Positions 1-8,476 of a stretch of DNA of 32,000 bases are shown piece by piece. The position numbers were made by a program, and so were the translations under genes. Each line of letters opens with the position of its first letter. Position 1 is the first letter of the stretch. The stretch is from Aquifex aeolicus VF5. GTDB taxonomy: Bacteria > Aquificota > Aquificia > Aquificales > Aquificaceae. The notes under the pieces are model-generated. The model saw nothing but the letters and a program-made list of their open reading frames with translations. It was not told the DNA's origin and did no database searches. The DNA lies in NCBI RefSeq assembly GCF_000008625.1, contig NC_000918.1, positions 90,001-122,000 on the forward strand, written 5' to 3'.

Positions 1-1
1 G

Positions 2-421
2 GAAGAGCTGGAGAAAGTAAAGGAAGAAGTGAAAAAGATAAAGGAAAAGTACAAAGTGGTGAACATGTTCTCCCCGGAAGAGAAGGAAAGCTTTTACAAA
101 ATTTACGAAGCTACTTATGGAAAAGTTCCAGCGGAAGTATTCAAAGGTGTCGGAAAACCCGTAGAGCTAAAGGAACACCTTCACTTTCACTCCCATGACA
201 GCAGAAAGGAAGAAGTTGTAACCTTTGACAGAGAACTTACGGAAGAAGAACTCGTGAACTTCCTGAAAAACCTGCCAAAGGAAGTTATACGTGCAAAGGG
301 AATTGTTAAGTTAAAGGACTACCCCTTTCCCGTATTCGTCCACTACGTCTTCGGAGATTACGACTACGGAATGCCCGCGGAAAATTACGAAGGAGAGTCT
401 TTCTTGGTTCTAATAAGATGA
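2..421 (+). CDS. COG0523/CobW-family metallochaperone GTPase, C-terminal part (5' end outside the window)
   Basis: The frame is open from the window edge to TGA 419-421. A His-rich HLHFHSHD stretch is followed by a CobW_C-like segment (EVIRAKGIVKL...ESFLVLI). The stop overlaps the deoC ATG (ATGA). Confidence 0.55.
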   Translation, partial: EELEKVKEEVKKIKEKYKVVNMFSPEEKESFYKIYEATYGKVPAEVFKGVGKPVELKEHLHFHSHDSRKEEVVTFDRELTEEELVNFLKNLPKEVIRAKGIVKLKDYPFPVFVHYVFGDYDYGMPAENYEGESFLVLIR

Positions 422-1077
422 TTGATGTAAGGAAGTACATAGACAACGCAGCCCTGAAACCTCACCTCTCTGAAAAAGAAATCGAAGAATTCGTCCTAAA
501 GTCTGAAGAACTCGGGATTTACGCTGTGTGTGTAAACCCGTACCATGTGAAGCTCGCAAGTTCAATAGCAAAGAAAGTAAAAGTCTGCTGTGTGATAGGC
601 TTTCCTTTAGGACTTAACAAAACTTCCGTTAAAGTAAAAGAAGCGGTAGAAGCCGTAAGAGACGGTGCACAGGAACTCGATATCGTGTGGAACCTTTCGG
701 CTTTCAAAAGCGAGAAGTACGATTTCGTGGTGGAAGAATTAAAGGAAATTTTTAGGGAAACTCCTTCAGCAGTTCACAAGGTAATCGTTGAGACACCTTA
801 CTTAAACGAGGAAGAAATAAAGAAAGCGGTGGAAATCTGTATTGAAGCAGGAGCGGACTTTATAAAGACCTCAACGGGCTTTGCACCGAGGGGAACAACA
901 CTCGAAGAGGTAAGACTGATTAAAAGTAGCGCGAAAGGCAGGATTAAGGTAAAAGCTTCGGGAGGGATAAGGGATTTGGAAACGGCAATATCTATGATAG
1001 AGGCGGGGGCGGACAGGATAGGCACGAGCAGCGGTATAAGCATAGCCGAAGAATTTTTAAAACGACATTTGATATAA
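418..1077 (+). CDS. deoC: deoxyribose-phosphate aldolase
   Basis: 219 aa with class I aldolase DERA motifs: VIGFPLG, ELDIV, FIKTSTGF, VKASGGIR, RIGTSSG. Confidence 0.9.
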   Translation: MIDVRKYIDNAALKPHLSEKEIEEFVLKSEELGIYAVCVNPYHVKLASSIAKKVKVCCVIGFPLGLNKTSVKVKEAVEAVRDGAQELDIVWNLSAFKSEKYDFVVEELKEIFRETPSAVHKVIVETPYLNEEEIKKAVEICIEAGADFIKTSTGFAPRGTTLEEVRLIKSSAKGRIKVKASGGIRDLETAISMIEAGADRIGTSSGISIAEEFLKRHLI

Positions 1078-1084
1078 TGTCCCT

Positions 1085-1864
1085 ATGGCGGACAAGAAGT
1101 GGAAAACGGCAATATCTACCCACGTAAATCACGAGCCCTATGTAAGGGGATACAGACTCCTTGACCTTGTAGGAAACCTCACCTTCTCGGAAGCAATATA
1201 TCTCCTCCTCAAGGGAGAACTCCCCTCGGAAGCAGAAGCTAAAATGATGGACGCCATTTTTGTCTCCGTAATTGAACACAGCATAGCACCCCCTTCCGTA
1301 ATAGCCACGCGTGCGGTTATAAGCGGTGGAAACTCTCTGAACGTGGGAGTCGGTGCTGGAGTTCTGGCTTTCGGTAGTGCCCACGGTGGAGCCCTTGAAG
1401 ACGCAATGAAGTTCATGCAGGAAGGAGTAAAGAGCAACAGACCTGTTGAAGAAATAGTAAAGGAGTACTTATCCCAGAAAAAGCCAATACCCGGTTACGG
1501 ACACAGGTACTACAAGGAGTTTGACCCAAGAACGAAGAGATTATTTGAACTTGCGGAAAAGTACGGTTTTTGCAAGGAACACTGCGAATTTGCAAAGAAA
1601 GTAGAAGAAGAGATATACAAACAGAAAGGAAAGAGAATAGTCCTGAACGTTGACGGTGCCATAGCAGCTATAACTTCCGATATGGGCTTCGACTGGAGGC
1701 TCGGTAAAGGATTTTTCATAATCGGAAGAGTGCCCGGACTCGTGGCCCACGCTTACGAAGAATTAACGCAGGAGAAACCCTTCTCCAAGAGACTTTCCGA
1801 AGAGGAGTATGAATACACCGGAGTTGAACCGAGGGAACTCCCGCCCGAAAGGAAGAAGGTATGA
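1085..1864 (+). CDS. ccl: short citrate-synthase-family protein, likely citryl-CoA lyase of the reductive TCA cycle
   Basis: 259 aa, covering only the C-terminal catalytic part of citrate synthase. Motifs seen: EHSIAPPS, SAHGGA, GYGHRYY..DPR. The size and motifs match the small CCL-type proteins of Aquificaceae. Confidence 0.75.
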   Translation: MADKKWKTAISTHVNHEPYVRGYRLLDLVGNLTFSEAIYLLLKGELPSEAEAKMMDAIFVSVIEHSIAPPSVIATRAVISGGNSLNVGVGAGVLAFGSAHGGALEDAMKFMQEGVKSNRPVEEIVKEYLSQKKPIPGYGHRYYKEFDPRTKRLFELAEKYGFCKEHCEFAKKVEEEIYKQKGKRIVLNVDGAIAAITSDMGFDWRLGKGFFIIGRVPGLVAHAYEELTQEKPFSKRLSEEEYEYTGVEPRELPPERKKV

Positions 1865-2366
1865 AAAGGCTTCTCCCCGTCTTCCTCGCCCTTATACTCT
1901 TCGGTTTGTTAGTTTACATAGGACTAAATCAGGATAAACACGATCACTACACAATCACAACCCAGAAAGGTCAGAAAATCCCAAACGTTACCTTAACAAC
2001 ACCTGACGGAAAGAAGGTAAGTATAGAGGAATTTAAAGGGAAGGTTTTGCTCATAAACTTTTGGGCCACTTGGTGTCCTCCCTGTAAAGAAGAAATCCCG
2101 ATGTTTAAAGAGATATACGAAAAGTACAGGGACAGAGGTTTTGAAATACTCGCCATAAACATGGATCCCGAAAACCTCACAGGCTTCCTGAAAAATAACC
2201 CCCTTCCATTCCCGGTATTCGTGATAAACGAGAAGTGGAAAGAGCCTTTAACATTCCAGGGCTTCCAACGTCGTACTTGGTTGACAGAGGAGGAACTATA
2301 GTAAAGGTTCGCTTGGGAATTTACAGGGAGCTGGAAAAGGATTTGAACGATCTTCTGGAAAAGTAA
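1861..2366 (+). pseudogene. TlpA/ResA-like periplasmic thiol:disulfide oxidoreductase, reading frame broken by a 1-nt deletion near 2222-2224
   Basis: N-terminal TM helix plus WATWCPPCKEE thioredoxin motif. After ...NPLPFPVFV the homologous sequence continues in the -1 frame as DKREVERAFNIPGLPTSYLVDRGGTIVKVRLGIYRELEKDLNDLLEK, ending at TAA 2364-2366. Confidence 0.8.
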
Positions 2367-2392
2367 TTAGGTCTTTATAATTTAAAAAGGTT

Positions 2393-2616
2393 ATGAGCAG
2401 TACTGCGAAGAAAATTGTAGTAGCCTTATAGTTTTGAGTATAGCCTTCCTTTCCGCATTCTTTACCGTTTACAACTACTTAAAACATCCAGAAAACAGGG
2501 AGTACTTTTTAAAGAGGCTTGAACGTGCAAGGGAAACAAATCCCATAAAAGAGTCCGTTGAAATGTTAAAAGAAAGATTAAAAGGAGGAGAGCATGAACA
2601 CCAACCTCAAAAGTAG
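2393..2616 (+). pseudogene. frameshifted duplicate of the 74-aa small membrane protein gene (copy 1)
   Basis: ATG 2393 reads MSSTAKKIVVAL then TAG, because of the missing C at 2424-2425. The remainder (ORF 2434-2616) is identical to copy 2. Confidence 0.6.
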
Positions 2617-2671
2617 TCCCCTGAAGACGTTAGTTCTCGCCTCGGTTGTCTTGACTTACGTTATAATTTAA
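2594..2671 (+). pseudogene. duplicated 5' fragment of ctaA (25 codons, then a stop at the duplication junction)
   Basis: MNTNLKSSPLKTLVLASVVLTYV is identical to the ctaA N-terminus at 2881. It runs into the copy-2 junction and stops at TAA 2669-2671. Confidence 0.6.
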
Positions 2672-2678
2672 AAAGGTT

Positions 2679-2903
2679 ATGAGCAGTACTGCGAAGAAAA
2701 TTGTAGTAGCCCTTATAGTTTTGAGTATAGCCTTCCTTTCCGCATTCTTTACCGTTTACAACTACTTAAAACATCCAGAAAACAGGGAGTACTTTTTAAA
2801 GAGGCTTGAACGTGCAAGGGAAACAAATCCCATAAAAGAGTCCGTTGAAATGTTAAAAGAAAGATTAAAAGGAGGAGAGCATGAACACCAACCTCAAAAG
2901 TAG
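2679..2903 (+). CDS. small membrane protein (74 aa, one N-terminal TM helix), function unknown
   Basis: Intact ORF preceded by aaaaagg. It has a hydrophobic N-terminus and a charged C-terminus, and its 3' end overlaps the ctaA start by 23 nt. Confidence 0.5.
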   Translation: MSSTAKKIVVALIVLSIAFLSAFFTVYNYLKHPENREYFLKRLERARETNPIKESVEMLKERLKGGEHEHQPQK

Positions 2904-3771
2904 TCCCCTGAAGACGTTAGTTCTCGCCTCGGTTGTCTTGACTTACGTTTTGATGGTATTCGGAGGTATAGTTACCTCTACGGGTTCAGGGCTCGGATGT
3001 CCCGACTGGCCCCTGTGTCACGGACAACTCCTTCCTTTTCAGTTAAAGGAACAAATTCCCACACCTCCCGCACCCGTGGTAGCTCCAACTCCCCTCCAGC
3101 CCTGGATTGAACAAACACACAGGATACTCGGAGGAATAACTGGCATAGTTCTGCTCGCAACACTCTTTTACGCCTTCAAAAGGGGAACTTCTTTCGTTAA
3201 AAAAGCCCTCGTTTTTATATTCATAGCTCTGATACTGGAAGCCCTTCTCGGCATGAGGGTTGTAATAACGGAGGCACCGCTTCTCAGAGAACTACTCCAC
3301 TATGTCTACACGAGCGCTCACCTCATACTTTCGGTGTTTATACTTTCAACGATAACCATAACTTACTACTACGTTAAGTTTTTTGGGGAAAGGCCTAAGG
3401 AGTACATCCCTTATGCAGATGCCCTCTACGTTGCAACTATGTTCCAGATACTGCTCGGTATATTCGTGAGGTACGTAAAAGCCCTTGAGTACAATCAGTT
3501 TGTTTACTACCTTCACATAACTTACGCGGGTTTCCTCGTTATACTCTCCCTCTTCATAATGTTTAAGGAGTTCAACAAGTACTCTTTAATAACGTTTCTC
3601 TTAATGACCGCTCAGATACTCGCAGGTGTCGCCACCGTGATTTCAGGGTTCTTTTTACCGTACCTCTTTCTTCACATAGCAATAGGATTCTTTATAGTCC
3701 TTTGGGTATCCTACCTTGTAGCACCTTCCGTTTTAAAGACTTATACTGAGTTTAGAGGAGAGCTGGCATGA
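2881..3771 (+). CDS. ctaA: haem A synthase
   Basis: 296 aa polytopic membrane protein with the COX15/CtaA signature GSGLGCPDWPLCHG. GGAGGAG lies upstream of the ATG, and the stop overlaps the ctaB start. Confidence 0.88.
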   Translation: MNTNLKSSPLKTLVLASVVLTYVLMVFGGIVTSTGSGLGCPDWPLCHGQLLPFQLKEQIPTPPAPVVAPTPLQPWIEQTHRILGGITGIVLLATLFYAFKRGTSFVKKALVFIFIALILEALLGMRVVITEAPLLRELLHYVYTSAHLILSVFILSTITITYYYVKFFGERPKEYIPYADALYVATMFQILLGIFVRYVKALEYNQFVYYLHITYAGFLVILSLFIMFKEFNKYSLITFLLMTAQILAGVATVISGFFLPYLFLHIAIGFFIVLWVSYLVAPSVLKTYTEFRGELA

Positions 3772-4646
3772 GTGAAAGGGTAGAGGCGGGACAGAACGTG
3801 ATAAAGGAGTATTTGGTTCTCACAAAACCGGGAATAGTTTCCTTAGTTCTTATTACCACTCTCGGCGGAATGTATTTAGGTTCAAGGGGTGAGCTTCAGC
3901 CCGAACTCGTTTTCTGGACCTTGCTCGGTACGGGACTTGCCGCGGCAGGTTCCGCGGTTCTCAATATGGTAATTGATAAAGACATAGATAAATTGATGGT
4001 AAGAACTTCCGAGAGACCGCTTCCAAAGGGAACGGTTGACCCTACAAAAGCTTTCATCTTCGGTATAACTCTTCAGGTTTTCTCACTCGTTATAATGCTC
4101 ACTTTTGTGGGAGTCCTTCCAGCGCTGCTCGTAGCGCTCGCTTCCTTTTCTTACGTGATACTTTACTCTTTGCTTCTCAAGAGAAAGAGTCCCGTTGCAA
4201 CTGAAATAGGCGGGATATCGGGGGCACTTCCGCCCGTTATAGGTTATGTTGCGGCTTCAGGAAGCGTAGATATAAACGCCATAGCCCTCTTCCTTTTAAT
4301 GTTCATGTGGCAACCTCCTCACTTCTGGGTTTTAGCCCTCAAGTACGCGGACGACTATAAGAGGGCGGGAATTCCGACACTTCCCGTAGCCAGAGGTGTA
4401 TTCATCACCAAACTAAAGACACTCCTTTACACAGCTTCACTCTTTCCCGTATCCTTAATCCCTTACCTGACGGGACTTGTAGAAAACCTTTACTTTGTCG
4501 TTGCGGTTGTTATGAATCTGATTTATCTGGGGCTCACTTTAAAGTTCTTCTTCTCAAAGAAAGAGGAAAGTATGAAACTCTTTTTCTTCTCAATCATTTA
4601 CCTTGCGGTTCTTTTCGGAACAATGATAGTGGACATGGTGAAGTGA
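3768..4646 (+). CDS. ctaB: protohaem IX farnesyltransferase (haem O synthase)
   Basis: 292 aa UbiA-family prenyltransferase with motifs NMVIDKDID, ERPLP and WQPPHFW. Confidence 0.92.
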   Translation: MSERVEAGQNVIKEYLVLTKPGIVSLVLITTLGGMYLGSRGELQPELVFWTLLGTGLAAAGSAVLNMVIDKDIDKLMVRTSERPLPKGTVDPTKAFIFGITLQVFSLVIMLTFVGVLPALLVALASFSYVILYSLLLKRKSPVATEIGGISGALPPVIGYVAASGSVDINAIALFLLMFMWQPPHFWVLALKYADDYKRAGIPTLPVARGVFITKLKTLLYTASLFPVSLIPYLTGLVENLYFVVAVVMNLIYLGLTLKFFFSKKEESMKLFFFSIIYLAVLFGTMIVDMVK

Positions 4647-4647
4647 T

Positions 4648-5909
4648 ATGCTCTGGTTTTCCCTCTTTATTTTATCCATAGCAATCGGTGGTTCTTTTGC
4701 CCTCCTCGTTGCAATAGCAAGGACTCCGGGACTTGCGGATCTCTTTCCTCCAAAGTACTTCTACCACGCTCTTGTGGGACACGTGGACAGCGCTCTGATA
4801 GTCGGACTTTACGCATTTTTGATATTTTTATGGCACAGGATTTTTGAAAAGAAGGAAAACTTCGCAAGCTTCCTTCCCGCACTGCTCGGGTTTTTTATGA
4901 TAGCGGGAAGTTCACTCTTTGGTCTCGGACAGGCACTATGGAACAACTACGTTCCTACCATAATACACCCTGTATTCTTCGGCGGAGTATCTTTATTTTT
5001 CCTTGGTGTTTTCTTAAACTCTTTGAGGTTTTTGCCTCAAGCTGTTAAGAACTTCTACATCGGTGATACCCTGAAATCCATTCTTTCTACTACCGTGATT
5101 AATTCTTTCTTAATGCCCTTAACTTACCTCATCGCCTACTTCAACACTCCAAAAGGAGAAAATGTTTACGAGTACTTTGAGGCACTTTTCTGGTTCGGCG
5201 GGCATACCCACCAGTTTGTAAACGCGGGACTCCTGATTTCATTGTGGCTACTCCTCCTGAGAAGGGAAGTTCTAAACCTCTGGTTTTTAAACTTACTTCT
5301 CGTTGTATTTCCTATAACTTACTTCTTTGCCCAGATTTTCCTGAACCCTCTATCTTCTACAGGAAAGAGCCTCACCACGTGGGGTTACATGGTCGGTATA
5401 GGTATTCCTACAATCGTTTACGGACTCATAACTCTTGTAAGGGCTGTTAAAGGATTGGACTTTTATAGAAGCATTCTTGTGCTGTCCGTTTCCCTTTATC
5501 TCCTTGGGGCTTTAATGGGATACATGATAGTAGGTATGGATACGAGGGTTCCAGCACATTACCACACGGTAATAGCGAGTATACTCGTGGGCGTTATAGC
5601 TCTTACCTTTATGTACCTTCAGGAACTGGGATACATGGAAAAACTCGGGAAGTTTGAGAAGTTTATCCCTTTTTCTACGGTTTTGGTATGCTTCTTTTTG
5701 TCCTCGGACTCTTCTGGGCGGGAGTCTTTGGAGCTCCAAGGAAAACTCCGGGAACGGATTACATACAAAACGCAAAGGTTTACTTATTCATGGCTCTCAT
5801 GGGACTAGGTTCTGTACTATCCGTAGTAGGAGGGGCTTCTTTCGTCTTTGTAGTGCTGAAAACAGTTTTGAGAGGTAGGAAGTATGGAAAGGAGACAGAA
5901 GCAAATTAG
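4648..5909 (+). pseudogene. 12-TM membrane protein with haem-copper-oxidase subunit I-like His motifs, frame broken at the C3T5 run 5667-5674
   Basis: ORF 4648-5808 (frame 1) and ORF 5688-5909 (frame 3) join naturally as ...KFIPF/FYGFGMLLFVLGLFWAGVFGAPRK. About 12 hydrophobic segments. His motifs seen: HALVGH, FWFGGHTHQF, PAHYHTV. Confidence 0.6.
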
Positions 5910-6000
5910 GAGGTTTAATATAACTATTGCGATTATACTCGCAGTTCTCGCTCTTATAACTTACCTCATAGTCTTCCTGGCTGCGTATCTGTTAAAATAA
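5884..6000 (+). CDS. possible 38-aa single-TM protein (MERRQKQIRRFNITIAIILAVLALITYLIVFLAAYLLK)
   Basis: It is below the ORF-track size cutoff. ATG 5884 to TAA 5998-6000, with a basic N-terminus plus one TM helix, as in small oxidase-associated subunits. The ATG is preceded by gagaggtaggaag. There is no homology support. Confidence 0.3.
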   Translation: MERRQKQIRRFNITIAIILAVLALITYLIVFLAAYLLK

Positions 6001-6007
6001 ACAAACT

Positions 6008-6406
6008 ATGTACGAACTGATAACCATTCTTAGTTTAGTAACGATAGGACTGAGTGGTTTGTTAATACTTACTGGAATAGTCCTCATAAAACTCGGAAAG
6101 AGGGAATGGCACAAAAGGGCTATGCTGACCGCTTCTTTCTTAGCCCTTATATTCGTTGTGCTTTACCTCATAAAGTCCAGTCTCTATCCACCGAAACAAT
6201 ACACGGGAGAGTATAAAACCCTTTACTACTTTGTCCTCTGGAGTCATACAATCCTTGCGATAATAAACTTCCCCCTAGCTGTATACACGGTTTACTTGGG
6301 ACTTAAAGGTCTCTACGATAAACACAGAAAGATAGCACCTATAACCGCCGCGGTATGGATATACGTCGCCGTAACGGGATGGATGATATACTTTTTCTTA
6401 AACTGA
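6008..6406 (+). CDS. DUF420/CtaM-like four-TM membrane protein
   Basis: 132 aa with 4 TM helices and conserved His positions (WHKRAM, WSHTIL). Its location next to ctaA/ctaB mirrors Bacillus ctaM. Confidence 0.65.
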   Translation: MYELITILSLVTIGLSGLLILTGIVLIKLGKREWHKRAMLTASFLALIFVVLYLIKSSLYPPKQYTGEYKTLYYFVLWSHTILAIINFPLAVYTVYLGLKGLYDKHRKIAPITAAVWIYVAVTGWMIYFFLN

Positions 6407-6419
6407 TGTGGAGGGGATT

Positions 6420-6896
6420 ATGAAAAAGTTCTTTGCTCTCATGACCTTAATTGCGGGAATTTCCTTTTCCCTTGACTTTGCCTGCGTTGACACGAACAAA
6501 GTGATAAGGGAGTCTAAGTTCATAGCGAAGGCTCAGACTGAACTGAGAAAAGAGCTCGAAAAGTATCAGAAGCTGATACAGGAAAAGCAAAAAAAGCTGG
6601 AAGCGTTAAAAAAATCCTTGGAAAGCAAAGCACTTTCAGAAAAGGCTAAAGAAAAAAAGGCAAAGGAAATAGAACAACTGGAAGACGAACTCAGAAAACT
6701 TCAGGTGGAAGCCCAGTCTAAACTTTCAAGGAAGAAAGCTGAGCTTGAAAAAATGGTTTTTGACAAAGTAATTAAGATAGTAGAAAGCACGGCTAAGAAG
6801 AAAAAGATAAAGGCCGTTTTTGACTGCAACTCCATGCTCTACTGGGATAAGAAAATAGACATCACAAATGAAGTTCTGAAAGAACTCGATAAATGA
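6420..6896 (+). CDS. skp: Skp/OmpH-like periplasmic chaperone
   Basis: A signal peptide (MKKFFALMTLIAGISFS) is followed by a long K/E/Q-rich coiled coil typical of OmpH. GGAGG lies 5 nt upstream of ATG 6420; the GTG at 6408 is the alternative start. Confidence 0.65.
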   Translation: MKKFFALMTLIAGISFSLDFACVDTNKVIRESKFIAKAQTELRKELEKYQKLIQEKQKKLEALKKSLESKALSEKAKEKKAKEIEQLEDELRKLQVEAQSKLSRKKAELEKMVFDKVIKIVESTAKKKKIKAVFDCNSMLYWDKKIDITNEVLKELDK

Positions 6897-7297
6897 AGAA
6901 GGAGTTCTCCGCAGGGGGAGTGCTTTTCAAAGATGGAGAAGTGCTCCTCATAAAGACTCCCTCAAACGTATGGAGTTTTCCAAAGGGAAACATAGAGCCG
7001 GGAGAAAAACCTGAGGAAACGGCGGTAAGGGAAGTGTGGGAGGAAACAGGAGTAAAGGGAGAGATTCTGGATTACATAGGCGAAATCCACTACTGGTATA
7101 CGCTAAAGGGGGAGCGGATTTTCAAAACCGTAAAGTACTACTTGATGAAGTATAAAGAGGGAGAGCCGAGACCCTCATGGGAAGTGAAAGACGCCAAGTT
7201 TTTTCCAATTAAAGAGGCTAAAAAGTTATTAAAGTACAAAGGAGACAAGGAAATCTTTGAAAAGGCTCTAAAACTCAAGGAAAAGTTCAAACTTTAA
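6893..7297 (+). CDS. NUDIX hydrolase
   Basis: NUDIX box GNIEPGEKPEETAVREVWEETGV; 134 aa. Confidence 0.9.
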   Translation: MKKEFSAGGVLFKDGEVLLIKTPSNVWSFPKGNIEPGEKPEETAVREVWEETGVKGEILDYIGEIHYWYTLKGERIFKTVKYYLMKYKEGEPRPSWEVKDAKFFPIKEAKKLLKYKGDKEIFEKALKLKEKFKL

Positions 7298-8434
7298 CCG
7301 TCCCTTTTTGTTCCTCTTCTATCCTCTCAAGTGTAGGATCATTTTTCTTTCCAGTAAGGATGTCCAGTAGTTCCTTTACGTGTATTATTCCCTGATACTT
7401 GAGCCAGTGTCCGTTAGCACCGCTTATGAATATGCCCTCCTCGTAGTCTCCGAGCCACGCAAGGCCTAACCTGTCCGCTATGCAAAATCCCACTTTCTTA
7501 GCTTCTTCCCCTTTGTTGCACGGAACCACGCAGTGAGAAACGCATCCCTTCCAGCCGTTGTACCCGCTCAAAAGTCTTTCTATAAAGGGTGTTTTTATAA
7601 CCCTCAAGGGATATCCTACGGGAGATTTGAAGAGCATAATATCCTCTTTGTTCAGATTGGTAACGAGCTCTTTGTAAATTTGGGGAGCGTCACACTCGTG
7701 AGTTGCTATAAAACGGGTAGCCATTTGAACGCCAGAAGCTCCCATGTCTATGAATTTCTTAATGTCGTAGTAACTCCAGACTCCGCCTGCAACAATTACG
7801 GGTATATCTCCCCACTTCTTTGCCTCCTCCAGCACAGAGGGGAAAATGTTTTCCAGCTGGTATTCGGGTTTAAAGCAGTCCTCGTACTTAAAGCCCTGGT
7901 GTCCTCCAGACTTTGGACCTTCAAGTATTACGGCGTCTGGAAGTCTATTGTACCTCTTCTTCCAAGTCCTGCAAATTAAGTTCAGCGCCCTTGCGGAAGA
8001 AACTATGGGTACAAGTGCAACGTCATACCCTTTAACGTATTCGGGGAGTTTTAAAGGCAGTCCTGCACCTGATATTATAAGATCCGCACCTGCTTCCGCC
8101 GCGTCCCTTGCTACCCTTCCGTAATCTGTTATAGCGGCGAGTATGTTTACTCCTATAGCTCCCCTTCCGCCCGATATTTCCTTCGCGTCGCGAATGATCT
8201 TCTTGAGAGCTTCGGGGTGGTGCGTGTTTACAGAACCTATCGGTCTTCCGAACTTGTCCCTCTTTACTAGATGGGGATATCTGTAGCCTGTTCCACAGCG
8301 GAAACGACACCAATAGCACCTTCTCTTGCAACGCTTCCGGCGAGCTTTTCCCAGGATATACCAACACCCATTCCGCCTTGAATTATGGGTATATCTACTT
8401 CAATCCTTCCAATTTTTAGCTTTGGTAAGTTCAT
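7287..8434 (-). pseudogene. FMN-dependent nitronate monooxygenase / FabK-like enoyl reductase family (COG2070), frame broken by a 1-nt deletion at 8293-8294
   Basis: ATG 8434, with AAGGAGAGG upstream, gives MNLPKLKIGRIEVDIPIIQGGMGVGIS...GVVSAV. The homologous sequence continues in the next frame as GTGYRYPHLV...GVNILAA...GPKSGGHQGF..., running into ORF 7287-7835. That frame has no start codon before the GTG at 7835. Confidence 0.85.
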
Positions 8435-8452
8435 ACTAACCTCTCCTTAGAA

Positions 8453-8476
8453 TATCTTAAAACAAATTTTAAGATA
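8453..8476. promoter_or_regulatory. perfect 10-bp inverted repeat TATCTTAAAA-caaa-TTTTAAGATA in a divergent promoter region
   Basis: It lies in the 101-bp intergenic region between the FabK-like gene (start 8434, minus strand) and folK (start 8536, plus strand). It looks like an operator, but no regulator can be assigned. Confidence 0.3.

Larger units (their letters stand above)
2375..2949. repeat. tandem direct duplication, 2 copies (about 2375-2660 and 2661-2947; boundaries ambiguous by 2-3 nt)
   Basis: By-eye base-by-base comparison: the copies are identical except for one base, CC at 2424-2425 versus CCC at 2710-2712. The unit contains the small ORF and the first 67-69 nt of ctaA. Confidence 0.95.

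Noticed and set aside
992-1750. Minus-strand ORFs of 60-130 aa opposite deoC and the citryl-CoA lyase gene
   Set aside because: They are shadow ORFs antisense to confidently assigned genes.
2302-2366. Apparent non-coding gap after ORF 1861-2301
   Set aside because: It is not intergenic. It encodes the true C-terminus of the TlpA-like protein in the -1 frame (…GLPTSYLVDRGGTIVKVRLGIYRELEKDLNDLLEK).
5728-5739. 12-nt perfect palindrome TTGGAGCTCCAA downstream of the slippery heptamer, considered as a frameshift stimulator
   Set aside because: A palindrome with no loop cannot form a stable hairpin. It is about 55 nt from the slip site, too far for a canonical stimulatory structure.
7533-8367. 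ORFs 7533-7979(+), 7846-8124(+) and 8032-8367(-)
   Set aside because: They overlap the FabK/nitronate-monooxygenase-like gene in wrong frames or on the wrong strand. The correct frame is open and homologous across the whole span once the single indel at 8293-8294 is taken into account.
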